In this document: positions 39,110 through 48,472 of the stretch, piece by piece | Layout: each line of letters begins with the position of its first letter | Position numbering within the stretch: position 1 is the stretch's first letter | Source of the DNA: Candidatus Bathyarchaeota archaeon | GTDB taxonomy: Archaea > Thermoproteota > Bathyarchaeia > TCS64 | Reading direction: 5' to 3' | DNA length: 64,000 nt | Assembly: GCA_963771885.1 (NCBI GenBank) | Contig: CAVYVF010000022.1 | Span: forward strand, 192,001-256,000 | Translations under genes and position numbers: made by a program | Notes under the pieces: model-generated | Database searches by the model: none | What the model was told of the DNA's origin: nothing | Seen by the model: the letters and a program-made list of their open reading frames with translations, nothing else

Positions 39110-39454
39110 ATGATAAGCTCCAAGATTCGCATCAAGGTCCAGAGCGTCCGCTCAGTTAAGGACCCAGAGAACAGGGAGTGCTTCCAGATCGAGTTTGTCG
39201 AGGTCCGCCAGCGCCCACCCATGGTTATGATGAGCAACCCAGAGGTCCCCGACGAGATCAATCAGATGGTCGTTCAGGTCACGAAGAGCTTCCAGGGCTT
39301 CATGCCCGGCGGAGGCGCGAAGGAGTACGAGCAGATGAAGATCACCCTGATAATGACGGGTGAGGAGCTTGAGAGCTTCAGGCTCAAGCCCTACCCGAAC
39401 CAGCTCTATGAGCTGACCATCACCGATGGCGCGCTGAGCTTCGCCGAGGTCTAG
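39110..39454 (+). CDS. Arcadin-1-like protein
   Basis: 114 aa; DP..IEFVE..P..MPGGG..KITLIMT.EE..YELTITDG layout matches my recollection of Thermoproteales arcadin-1. Confidence 0.7.
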   Translation: MISSKIRIKVQSVRSVKDPENRECFQIEFVEVRQRPPMVMMSNPEVPDEINQMVVQVTKSFQGFMPGGGAKEYEQMKITLIMTGEELESFRLKPYPNQLYELTITDGALSFAEV

Positions 39455-39500
39455 GCAACCTATTAATCCAGCCCCGCCCAACCCTCAGACGATAGCCCCT

Positions 39501-39839
39501 TTGTCAATCACGGAGATCCTCTACACGGACTGGGACACCGCCGTCTCCAAGGCGGAGGGTCCAGTTGTCGTAGAGTTCTGGCATGTGAACTGTCCGACCT
39601 GCAAGAAGATCGAGACGGCGGTCCAGGAACTACCCGGAAAAATCGGGAAGGCTAAGCTCATTCGGCTCAACGTCCTAACTGACAGGGAGACCCGCAAACT
39701 GGCGATCGGGAAGGGCGTCATAGGCACGCCCACATTCAAAGTTTATTGCAGGGGCGTAGAGATCGGTGAGGTCGTCGGCCTCGAGACGCTCACCAACTTG
39801 GTTGGAACGCTAAACAACATCCTGAAGGACTGCGCCTGA
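39501..39839 (+). CDS. Thioredoxin family protein
   Basis: VVVEFWHVNCPTC, GVIGTPTF cis-Pro loop; adjacent to trxB. Confidence 0.88.
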   Translation: MSITEILYTDWDTAVSKAEGPVVVEFWHVNCPTCKKIETAVQELPGKIGKAKLIRLNVLTDRETRKLAIGKGVIGTPTFKVYCRGVEIGEVVGLETLTNLVGTLNNILKDCA

Positions 39840-39848
39840 GGACCTTGT

Positions 39849-40766
39849 ATGTACGACGTGATCGTTCTTGGGGCTGGCCCCGCTGGATTGACCGCGGCGC
39901 TCTACACGGCGCGTGCGAAGATGAAGACACTTGTCGTCGCCGGCCCGATGGTCGGCGGTCAGATCGCCTTCACATACCAGGTAGACAACTACCCCGGCTT
40001 TGCTGAGGGGATAACGGGGCCTGACCTCTCATACAAGTTCAAGGTACACGCGGAGAGGTTTGGCGCCGAGTTTCTCGACGCCTCAGCGACGGAGGTGGAC
40101 TTCTCGGGGAACCCATACAAGATTATGGTCGGTGAGAGGGTGTTCGAGGCTAGGTCCATTATTGTCGCAATGGGGATGAATCACAGGAAGCTAGGCGTCC
40201 CAGGCGAGGACAGGCTCATGGGGAGGGGCGTCTTCGTCTGCGCCACATGTGACGCTGCCTTCTACGAGGATCGTAAGGCGGTTGTTGTAGGCGGAGGCGA
40301 CTCAGCGATACAGGAGGCATTGGACCTCGCGAAGTTCGCCTCCGAGGTGACGATCGTCCACAGGAGGGGTGAGGCACGCGCTTGCAGGTGCCTCATTGAG
40401 AAGGCGATAAACGAGCCCAGGATAAGGTTTCAATACAACACAGAGGTCACCGAGATACTCGGGGACAAGAGGGTGAGCGGGGTCAGGCTCAGGGACCTGA
40501 AAACGGAAGAGAGCCGCGTCGTTGAGGCTGATGGGGTCCTCCTCGCCATAGGATGGGACCCCAACACATCCATACTGCGAGGGCACATTGAACTAGACGA
40601 GGTCGGGTTTCCACTGACGGATGGTGTGAAGACGGGAATTAAGGGGGTCTTCGTGGGGGGTGATCTAATCGACAAGACTTACAGGCAAGTCGTGACGAGC
40701 TGCGGGAGCGGCTGCGCTGCCGCCTTAGAAGCAGTGCACTGGCTCGAGGGAGTTCCCAGCGGGTAG
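39849..40766 (+). CDS. trxB: Thioredoxin-disulfide reductase
   Basis: GAGPAGLTAA, CATCD, GGGDSA, HRR, GD...RQVVT. Confidence 0.94.
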   Translation: MYDVIVLGAGPAGLTAALYTARAKMKTLVVAGPMVGGQIAFTYQVDNYPGFAEGITGPDLSYKFKVHAERFGAEFLDASATEVDFSGNPYKIMVGERVFEARSIIVAMGMNHRKLGVPGEDRLMGRGVFVCATCDAAFYEDRKAVVVGGGDSAIQEALDLAKFASEVTIVHRRGEARACRCLIEKAINEPRIRFQYNTEVTEILGDKRVSGVRLRDLKTEESRVVEADGVLLAIGWDPNTSILRGHIELDEVGFPLTDGVKTGIKGVFVGGDLIDKTYRQVVTSCGSGCAAALEAVHWLEGVPSG

Positions 40767-41677
40767 TGGCCTTGAGGGTAGTCTTCCTCGGTACCAGTGG
40801 GAGCATGCCGACCCCGGAGAGGAGTTCTTCGTCCGTCGCCATCAAGATAGGGCGAGGCGTTATGCTCCTCGACTGCGGCGAGGGGACGCAGAGGCAGATG
40901 GTCGCCGCCCACATAGGCTTCAGCAGGGTCAAGCTCATCTTCATCACCCACCTGCACGGCGACCATGTCCTAGGCGTCCCCGGACTCCTCCAGTCCATGA
41001 CCCTCCAGAGGCGCGAGGAGCCGCTCGCTGTCTATGGACCGCGGGGACTACATGCGTTCCTGCAGGGGGTCTCCAGCACCCTCGGCGGACCCGGGTTCCC
41101 CGTTTCTGTACACGAGATATGCGAGCCCGGCATCGTTCATGAGGGAAAGGGCTTCAGCGTCGAGGCGCGTAAGTCGGAGCACAGGTTAGAGTCCTGGTCA
41201 TACGCTTTGCTGGAGAGCCCGCGCCCGGGGAAGTTCTACCCAGACAGGGCGAAGGCGCTGAGTGTTCCCGAGGGTGCCATCTGGAAGAGGCTTCAAGACG
41301 GCGAGGAGGTCGAGGTCGAGGGGAGAGTTGTGAGGTCGCTCGACGTCTCCGACTCACCGCGTCAGGGGCGCAAACTGGTCTACTCGGGAGACACCAAGCC
41401 GAGCGAGAACGTAGTCGGGCTCGCTGTCGGTGCTGATCTCCTGATACATGAGGCGACGTTCGGCGATGAACTCGTCGATAGGGCTGCTGAAGATGGGCAC
41501 TCGACGGCGAGCCAGGCTGCGAGCGTCGCAGCAAGAGCCGGTGTCAAGAAGCTGATACTCACACACATAAGCAGCAGGTACGGTGATGTGGCTCCAATGC
41601 TCGCGGCGGCACGTGCAATCTTCCCCCACACCTTGATCGCTGAGGATCTCCTCGAGGTCGAGGTCCCACACGCATAA
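40766..41677 (+). CDS. rnz: Ribonuclease Z
   Basis: FLGTSG..PT, DCGEGTQ, THLHGDH, exosite arm, SGDT, HEATF, HST, THISSRY. Confidence 0.95.
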   Translation: MALRVVFLGTSGSMPTPERSSSSVAIKIGRGVMLLDCGEGTQRQMVAAHIGFSRVKLIFITHLHGDHVLGVPGLLQSMTLQRREEPLAVYGPRGLHAFLQGVSSTLGGPGFPVSVHEICEPGIVHEGKGFSVEARKSEHRLESWSYALLESPRPGKFYPDRAKALSVPEGAIWKRLQDGEEVEVEGRVVRSLDVSDSPRQGRKLVYSGDTKPSENVVGLAVGADLLIHEATFGDELVDRAAEDGHSTASQAASVAARAGVKKLILTHISSRYGDVAPMLAAARAIFPHTLIAEDLLEVEVPHA

Positions 41678-41718
41678 CCCTTTTATGCCCTCCTTTCCCC
41701 GGACACATTAGGTCGGTT

Positions 41719-42895
41719 TTGATGATCTCGGTCAAAGAGGGCATATACTGGGTCGGTGCCGTGGACTGGAGTATAAGGAACTTCCACGGCTACATCACAC
41801 ACAGGGGGAGCAGTTACAACTCGTACCTCGTCGTCGACGAGAAGGTGGCGCTAATTGACTTCGTCAAAGCGCCGTTCGCCGAGGAGCAAGTCACCCACAT
41901 TAGTGAAGTCATTGACCCCAAGAAGGTCGACTACATCGTCGCCAACCACGCGGAGCCTGACCACTCGGGCAGCATAAGGCGCGTCATCGAGGCATGTCCA
42001 AACGCCGAGGTCATAGCAACCGAGCGTTGCATCAACACCCTACGGAAGTACTATGGCGACGACCTCAAGATCACCCCGATTGAGAAAAAGCCAACGCTAA
42101 AGCTGGGGAAGAGGAGCCTCACATTCGTCCCAGTCCCCATGGCGCACTGGCCCGACTCGATGGTCAGTTACATGCCCGAGGAGAAGCTGCTCTTTAGTAA
42201 CGACGCCTTCGGCCAGCATCTCGCCTCCAGTGGGCGCTTCGACGATGAGGTAGACGAGGGAGAGCTAATTCAGGAGGCATCTACCTACTACGCGAACATA
42301 CTGATGCCCCTTTGGAGGAGCGTCTCGCGGGCTTTAAAGGCGCTCGAAGGTGTACAGGTCGAGATGATAGCGCCGAGTCACGGCATAATCTGGCGGAAGA
42401 ATCCAGGGAGGATACTCGGGCTTTACCAGAGGTGGATCGCTGGCGAGACAAAGAAAAGGGCGGTAATCGTCTATGATACGATGTGGGGGAGCTACGCAGG
42501 TTCTCGCACGCGCCATCGCAGACGGGATTGCCTCTAAGGGTGTGGAGGTGAGGCTCCACAGCCTCCAGTCGAGCCCGAACAGCGACGTAATTGCCGATCT
42601 CCTAGAGGCGAAAGCGATCGTCGTCGGCTCCCCGACGCTTAATAACCAAATCTTCCCGACGGTCGCCGGCTTCCTCGCCTACATGAGGGGATTGAAGCCG
42701 ATGAACAAGATCGGTGGCGCCTTCGGCAGCTACGGCTGGGCGGGCGGGGCGAAGAAGATAGTCGAGGCGGAGATGCAGGCTGCGGGGATACAACTCGTCG
42801 AGAGCGACATCGACTTTGTCTTCAAGCCGAATGGCGACGAGGCGAAGCGTGCCTACGAGTGGGGCACCGCGCTGGGCGAGAAGATAGTTGCCTAA
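41719..42895 (+). CDS. fprA: Flavodiiron protein FprA (indel in a G-run near 42487)
   Basis: HAEPDHSG, HWPD, SNDAFGQH, PSHG. The flavodoxin domain (GSPTLN, AFGSYGWAG) is in the shifted frame. Confidence 0.92.
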
Positions 42896-43009
42896 ACTAT
42901 GAAATACGTGTTCCTTTTGCTTAGATCCGGACCCTTTTTTAGGCTTAGGTAATGAAATTGGGCATGCAATAACTGTTGGATTGTATACCACATTTCTATT
43001 ACCGATTAT

Positions 43010-43600
43010 TTAGATGAGGATGGTGTGCATATAGTAGCTCATCTGGAACCAGGTGAGTACACTGCTGAGCACGGCACCGACAGCTACTTGCATAACCGTG
43101 TGTGCCTTCAACTCGACCCTCGCCCAGGCGACGGGTATGACGACGAGAAGGAGAGGCAGCATTACGCCTCCGAGGAGGAAAATGAGAGCCGTCACGGGAC
43201 CCGTAACGCCGCTCGCGTGTATACTAATCTTCCACTTAAGTGTGATGACTATAAGGACGAGCCCGTTGACGAAGTAGCAAGCCATCAGCGCTGTCACAGC
43301 CGCTGGTGCCGAGACAAGTATCAGGCTTAAGCACCCGAGGAGGTAGAAGAAGGTCGTCCAGAGGAAGGGTAGGAAGCGCGTCGCCCTGTCTCGGGCGTAA
43401 AAGTCCTTTATCAAGTCGAGCTTGAGTAGCCCGATGACCATCGCGAGGGGTAGGACGCAGCCGAAGAGGCTGGTTATCGCGATGAGGAGCCCCGCCGAAT
43501 CTGCGCCGTAGAATAGTATAAGGGGAATGAACGTTACTACGGTTATCAGGGGGGCGTTGAGCGCAGCGGATAGACGTGATGCGAGCTTCGTCTTGTCCAA
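43010..43600 (-). CDS. PAP2-like integral membrane protein
   Basis: KISIHASG and WARVELKAHT..QV..G motifs; multiple TM helices. Confidence 0.75.
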   Translation of the reverse strand: MDKTKLASRLSAALNAPLITVVTFIPLILFYGADSAGLLIAITSLFGCVLPLAMVIGLLKLDLIKDFYARDRATRFLPFLWTTFFYLLGCLSLILVSAPAAVTALMACYFVNGLVLIVITLKWKISIHASGVTGPVTALIFLLGGVMLPLLLVVIPVAWARVELKAHTVMQVAVGAVLSSVLTWFQMSYYMHTILI

Positions 43601-43641
43601 GAACTGTTCGCCTTGTGGAGATGCTGTTGTATTCCCCGCGG

Positions 43642-43782
43642 CTACGCCTTTTTAACAGTTTTCTTTTGTAGTCGCTCGCAGCAGCAGATGAGGGTCTTCT
43701 CATCGCCCTTGCCAACCATTAGGTCACAGCTCTCCCCCTTCTGGTACCCGCACATAGGGCACTTCTCTACCTTCTCATTCAC
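43642..43782 (-). CDS. Unannotated 46-aa Cys-rich microprotein downstream of iscU
   Basis: GTG overlaps the iscU TGA (GTGA): MNEKVEKCPMCGYQKGESCDLMVGKGDEKTLICCCERLQKKTVKKA*. Confidence 0.6.
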   Translation of the reverse strand: MNEKVEKCPMCGYQKGESCDLMVGKGDEKTLICCCERLQKKTVKKA

Positions 43783-44159
43783 TTCCTCTTCTCCTCCTTC
43801 TTTTTCCGGTAGTCCTTGATAGCCTCCTGTAGGGCGTCCGAGGCGAGGTTGCTGCAGTGCATTTTAACTGGTGGTAGCCCGTCGAGTGCGTCGGCGACAC
43901 TCTGACGGGTGATCTTCTCCGCCTCATCGACTGTCTTGCCGAGCGCTAGCTCGGTGGTCATGCTGCTCGTCGCGATGGCGGCGCCGCAGCCGTAGGTCTT
44001 GAACTTGATGTCGGCGATCTTGTCGCCTTTGACCTTGATATACATGGTCATCATATCGCCGCAGACGGGGTTGCCGACGGTGCCGACGCCGTCTGCGTCC
44101 TTGATCTCGCCGACGTTGCGGGGGTTCTTGAAGTGGTCCATGACCTTGTCGCTGTACAC
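43779..44159 (-). CDS. iscU: Fe-S cluster scaffold IscU/NifU-N
   Basis: YSDKVMDHF.NPRNVG, GNPVCGD, GCGAAIA, LPPVKMHCS. Confidence 0.96.
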   Translation of the reverse strand: MYSDKVMDHFKNPRNVGEIKDADGVGTVGNPVCGDMMTMYIKVKGDKIADIKFKTYGCGAAIATSSMTTELALGKTVDEAEKITRQSVADALDGLPPVKMHCSNLASDALQEAIKDYRKKKEEKRK

Positions 44160-44160
44160 T

Positions 44161-45330
44161 CTACTTCAGCTCCTCTGGGGTTATGCTCGACATCGCCCTC
44201 AGCCGCTTGACGATGGCTGGGAGTTTCTCGATAACGTAGTCAATCTGCTCCTTATTATTGGCTTTGCCGAGAGTGAAGACGAGGCTCCCGTGGGCGTCCT
44301 CCGGCTTGAGGCCTGTCGCTAGTAGGCAGGCGCTGGGCTCCAGGGTCTTTGCGGCGCAAGCTGAGCCGGTGTTGACCTGGACGCCTACATCGTCGAGGCT
44401 TAGGATGAGTGCCTCGCCTTCGATGTAGCTGAAGCGGATGTTGGCGTTGTTGGGGGCTCTATTGGTGGGGTGTCCGTTGAGGTAGGACTCGGGTATGGTG
44501 GAGGTTACGCCTTTGATTAGGTAGTCCCGTAGCTCGGTGAGGCGCTTTGCCTCCGTCGGGTAGCTCCTGCTTGGCGAGTCTCTGCGGCCTTGCCGAATCC
44601 GACGATGCCTGGGGTGTTCTCGGTACCGCTGCGCAGCCCTTGCTCCTGACCGCCGCCGATGATGACTGGGCGGATGCGCATGCTCTTCTTCATGTAGAGT
44701 GCGCCGACGCCCTTGGGTCCGCTGATATCGTTGCTGCTCAGAGTCATCATGTCGATGTCCATGGCTTTTAACATCGAGCGGTATCTTGCCGAGTGCTGCC
44801 GTAGCGTCTGTGTGGAAGAAAGCGCCCTTCTCGTGGGCGATCTTGGCGGCTTCCTCGATGGGCTCAATGGTGCCTATCTCGCCGTTCACCGCCATCACGG
44901 AGACGATGACGGTCTTGTCGTTTACGAGTTCCTCGAGCTTGTCGAGGAGAACGACGCCGTACTTGTCCACGGGCGCCTGCAGGTATTCCCAGCCGCTGCG
45001 GGTGAGCTCCTTGCAGATGTTGACGGTGCTTATGTGCTCGACGGCGCTCGAGACGACGCGGTTGCCCTTGTTCTTGTAGCGGTTGGCGCCGCCGATGATG
45101 GCGAGGTTTGTCGCCTCAGTGGCGGAGGCTGTGAAGAATATCTCGGCGGGTTCCGCGTTTATGAGGTCGGCTATCTGTTGACGCGCCTTGTTTATTGCGC
45201 TTAGCGCCTTGAAGCCCTCACTGTGGAAGCTGCTCGGGTTTCCGACGTGTTCCGTGAAGTAGGGGAGCATCTCCTCGAGCACGCGCGGGTCGACGGGGGC
45301 TCCTGAGCCGTTGTCGAGGTATGCCTTCAA
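44161..45330 (-). CDS. iscS: Cysteine desulfurase IscS/NifS (two compensating indels near 44770 and 44575)
   Basis: [28 protein letters not shown] and RSGTEN (alternative frame), TGSACA. Confidence 0.92.
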   Translation of the reverse strand: MKAYLDNGSGAPVDPRVLEEMLPYFTEHVGNPSSFHSEGFKALSAINKARQQIADLINAEPAEIFFTASATEATNLAIIGGANRYKNKGNRVVSSAVEHISTVNICKELTRSGWEYLQAPVDKYGVVLLDKLEELVNDKTVIVSVMAVNGEIGTIEPIEEAAKIAHEKGAFFHTDATAALGKIPLDVKSHGHRHDDSEQQRYQRTQGRRRTLHEEEHAHPPSHHRRRSGARAAQRYREHPRHRRIRQGRRDSPSRSYPTEAKRLTELRDYLIKGVTSTIPESYLNGHPTNRAPNNANIRFSYIEGEALILSLDDVGVQVNTGSACAAKTLEPSACLLATGLKPEDAHGSLVFTLGKANNKEQIDYVIEKLPAIVKRLRAMSSITPEELK

Positions 45331-45433
45331 GTCTCTCGCCTTACGGGTGGATTGGGGCATTTGGGGGATTAAAACCTTCAGCGCGGTAAGGCTTATGGCG
45401 TGCTTTAACTGCTCATAATGAGAAAAAATATTT

Positions 45434-45654
45434 CTATGATTGCTTGGCCTGGTCGGGCTTCTTGGCTAGGATTGCTTTCACCCTGCCAACCTTCCCGTCG
45501 GCTAAGCGGACCTTTATGCCGTGGGGGTGGAACTGGCTCCCCGTCAGAAGCTCCTTGACGACACCTCGGGTCAGCTTACCTGTCCCTGGTCCTGTTTGAG
45601 AACGATATCGACGGTGTCCCCGGGGTGTATTTCGCTCCTCTTCGTGCCGGCCAT
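45434..45654 (-). CDS. YwbE family small protein (one indel)
   Basis: MAGTKRSEIHPGDTVDIVLKQDQ joined to TGKLTRGVVKELLT...HPHGIKVRLADGKVGRV. Confidence 0.8.
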
Positions 45655-46151
45655 CCCGTTTTTGGAGTGCCCGCTGGTTTAAATCTGGATCGCTAGAGAG
45701 CTGAAGATCGCTACTACGCATCCTGAGTATGCGAGGCGAGCTGGCGAATAGCTGTTCCTTCACGGGAGGTAGACGGGTGGTCTTGAATCAGGACGTAGGC
45801 CAGCGATTCCGCGAGCAGCCATCAGGTACATGACCTGACTTTACCGATCGACTTTTCCATCGGGGCTCGTCGGCATTTTTCAAGTAGGGGAACCAAGCAT
45901 CGGCTCATTGATGGCAGGTTAGACTCGCAAGTTTCCGTGTCGTCGCAAATAATCATCACTGAAGGTCGCATCTTCAACATGAGCATATCGTGCTGGGCTA
46001 CTTATCTATGAATTCGCCGTGATATTGACATCTAGGGGCCTCCGCATTCGACGTGGACTATCGGATGGACTCGTGCCTATGAAGGACTAATGGTCGGACT
46101 TATTTCATTGGAATCATGATGCTAGGTTTGAATGGGTTTATGCAGTAAAGA

Positions 46152-46262
46152 TGGCGGGCCCGGAGGGATTCGAACCCTCGATCTCCGGCTTAGAAGGCTT
46201 GCGCGTCGGCGTCGGGTTGCGGCGACCGACTAGGCGCCTTATCCTGGCTTGGCCACGGGCCC
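46152..46262 (-). tRNA. tRNA-Arg(TCT) with encoded CCA and a 33-nt intron at position 29/30 (46199-46231)
   Basis: Acceptor stem GGGCCCG/CGGGCCC-G-CCA, T arm GAGGG-TTCGAAT-CCCTC, anticodon loop CTTCTAA; BHB-like structure at the intron ends. Confidence 0.92.
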
Positions 46263-46286
46263 CTACCGACACAGGAGGCGCAGCCT

Positions 46287-46295
46287 CTTTTTAAG
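46287..46295 (-). promoter_or_regulatory. Putative TATA box of tRNA-Arg
   Basis: CTTAAAAAG on the - strand, about 25-33 nt upstream of the mature 5' end. Confidence 0.55.
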
Positions 46296-46385
46296 AATTG
46301 ATACTAACCTCACGCAAGTGAGGAGTATAATTGCATCACTTGGACATATTTGATCCAGTAATTCGATGCGCGAAAGAATAATTGA

Positions 46386-46896
46386 TTACCACTCATTGAT
46401 GTGGATCTTCTTCTCGTCGTACCTGTTGCCCGGAGGCTTCTCCTCAGAAGGCCGCCCGACTGAGATGATGCAGAAAGGCACCTTCCTCTCAGGTATCTTG
46501 AGAAGTTCGCGGAGCCCCTTGACGAGTGCCTCATTCGGGTATACGCCTAACCAGACGGCGCCGAGGCCCGTCGCCTTCGCGGCGAGGAGTATGTTCTCCG
46601 TCGACGCCGCACAGTCCTGCACCCAAAAGCCAGTGCCTGCCTCGAGGTCGAGGTCGCCACATACCACGATGGCGAGGGCGGCCTGTTCAAGCATTTTCGA
46701 GTAGTTGTGGAACTTGGGTATCGCCGAGAGCTTGGCCCTATCCTTGACGACGACGTAGTGCCAGGGCTGTCTGTTGTGAGCGGACGGCGCCGCCATCCCG
46801 GCCTCGAGCAGGCACTTGACCTCCGCAGTCGGTCACGGGCTCGCCCGTGTACTTCCTTATGCTTCTCCTCCCGAGTATAGATTCCATAGCTTCCAT
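46386..46896 (-). CDS. Nitroreductase family protein (indel near 46825)
   Basis: MEAMESILGRRSIRKY joined to AAPSAHNRQPWHY, QDCAASTENILLAA..GLGAVW. Confidence 0.9.
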
Positions 46897-46898
46897 GT

Positions 46899-47405
46899 TT
46901 ACCATTTCTCCATATGGACGGACTCCGTGAGCGGCTTCGCCTTGCGTGGTCCCGGCTTCTCGTCGGGGAGGCCGAAGGTGACTATGCAGACGACGGTCGC
47001 CTCGGAGGGGATGCCGAATTCCTTCTTTACCTCGTTTTCCTTGAAGTCACCGATCCAGCAGCTGCCGACGCCCTGAACCTCGGCGGCAAGCACCATGTTC
47101 TGCAGTGCTATCGTCGTGTCTATGACGCCGAACTTTCTGCTGGTGTCATCGAATGGTAGGGCGACACCTATGACGGCGAAGGCGGCGTCCTTGACGAAGC
47201 CGGACCACCTGCCCTTGGAAAGCTTCTCTTTGGCGGCAGTATTCTCGCAGACTACGAAGTGCCACGGCTGCCGGTTGGCGGCGCTCGGGGCGAGGCGTCC
47301 AGCCTCGAGTATCTTCGCCTTCACCTCAGTGGGGACGGGCTCCTTCTTGTACCGCCGAATGCTACGGCGGCCCAATATCTTGTCGATGCAGCTCAGAAGT
47401 CTCAC
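46899..47405 (-). CDS. Nitroreductase family protein (tandem paralog)
   Basis: RRSIRRY, APSAANRQPWHF, NMVLAA..GVGSCWIG. Confidence 0.93.
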   Translation of the reverse strand: MRLLSCIDKILGRRSIRRYKKEPVPTEVKAKILEAGRLAPSAANRQPWHFVVCENTAAKEKLSKGRWSGFVKDAAFAVIGVALPFDDTSRKFGVIDTTIALQNMVLAAEVQGVGSCWIGDFKENEVKKEFGIPSEATVVCIVTFGLPDEKPGPRKAKPLTESVHMEKW

Positions 47406-47474
47406 CGGGGTATCGTGGTTTCATGGGTTTTTAGGGTGATCGCCCTTTTACCGGGGCAGCGCATAGCTTATGCC

Positions 47475-47849
47475 ATGGAGATCAGGGTGGAGAGGGGGCT
47501 CCTCGAGGAGATGCTCGCCTTCGCCAAGGACTGTCACCCGCAAGAGGCTATACTCCTGCTCAGGGGCGAGGCGAAGAAGGAGGCAATCACCCTCAGCGAC
47601 TACCTCTTTCCACCCTATGCAAGGACGGACAGCGTCTCCGCCAGCTACCCCATCTACATGCTCCCCATCGACTTCTCGATTATGGGCACGCTCCACAGTC
47701 ACCCATCCGGCTCGGTTGAAGCCTCGGCGGTGGATATGTCGAACATGTATGGGAGGTTCAGCATGATTACGGCGCACCCCTATGGGTTAGGCGACGTGGC
47801 GGCCTACAACAAGCAGGGCGAGCGAATCATGATACGCGTGACCGACTAG
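47475..47849 (+). CDS. JAMM/MPN+ metalloisopeptidase
   Basis: PQEAILLL...GTLHSHPSG...SAVD (E-HxH-S-D). Start MEIRVERG. Confidence 0.9.
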   Translation: MEIRVERGLLEEMLAFAKDCHPQEAILLLRGEAKKEAITLSDYLFPPYARTDSVSASYPIYMLPIDFSIMGTLHSHPSGSVEASAVDMSNMYGRFSMITAHPYGLGDVAAYNKQGERIMIRVTD

Positions 47850-48046
47850 CCGCCGCTGACGATGGGGAATAAGGCGACGCGGTCCCCCGCCTTTAGCGGC
47901 TTCGACGGCCACCCACCCTCACCATTCACAAGGACGACGATCACACGCTGTTCATAGGCGTACCGTATCTCCGGTCCCAGGCCTTCGATTAACTCGCGCA
48001 GCGTCGCGGGCTTCTCCACGGTTATGGTCTGGGGGCTGGGGAACAT
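47846..48046 (-). CDS. Ubiquitin-like MoaD/ThiS/SAMP protein
   Basis: VLVNG...LKAGDRVALFPIVSGG with C-terminal di-Gly; true start uncertain. Confidence 0.85.
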   Translation of the reverse strand: MFPSPQTITVEKPATLRELIEGLGPEIRYAYEQRVIVVLVNGEGGWPSKPLKAGDRVALFPIVSGG

Positions 48047-48073
48047 CCGAGAACCGCTCTGGAGGCGAGGCGC

Positions 48074-48472
48074 TTAATCCTTTCTGAGGCCGAGCTCCTT
48101 ACGCTTGCCCTGCAGCCTCTTGAACCAGACGTCGACGTTCTCGCGTGTGACGAAATTCTTGTGGTGTCGGAATCCGCCCTGGAAGCTATGGGGCACGTGC
48201 ATTAGTTCGTGGACGAGCACCTTGTCCTGCCCGTCTCGGCTCAGGGGGTCAAACTGCTCCGATATGACCTCGATTATATAGGTCGCCTCGGTGCCCATGG
48301 CGAGCTGCCATATTCTACCGAGGCCGTGGATTCGGGCTATGGTGCGCCGGGACTCGCTCCCCCTGCTCCTGATGCAATAAATGCAGCTGGGTTTACAGTG
48401 TTCGAACATCAGAAGCTCGATGATCTCGTCTACCCTCTTCTTGATGTCCGGTGCGGGGTAGTACGTGATCAA
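48074..48472 (-). CDS. Putative zincin metallopeptidase
   Basis: RTIARIHG, YIIEVISEQFD, VLVHELMHVP..GGFRHH. Confidence 0.82.
   Translation of the reverse strand: MITYYPAPDIKKRVDEIIELLMFEHCKPSCIYCIRSRGSESRRTIARIHGLGRIWQLAMGTEATYIIEVISEQFDPLSRDGQDKVLVHELMHVPHSFQGGFRHHKNFVTRENVDVWFKRLQGKRKELGLRKD

Noticed and set aside
45660..46150. Integrated element at the tRNA-Arg 3' end
   Set aside because: Only about 500 bp of non-coding sequence; I found no integrase and no repeat of the tRNA 3' end in the window.
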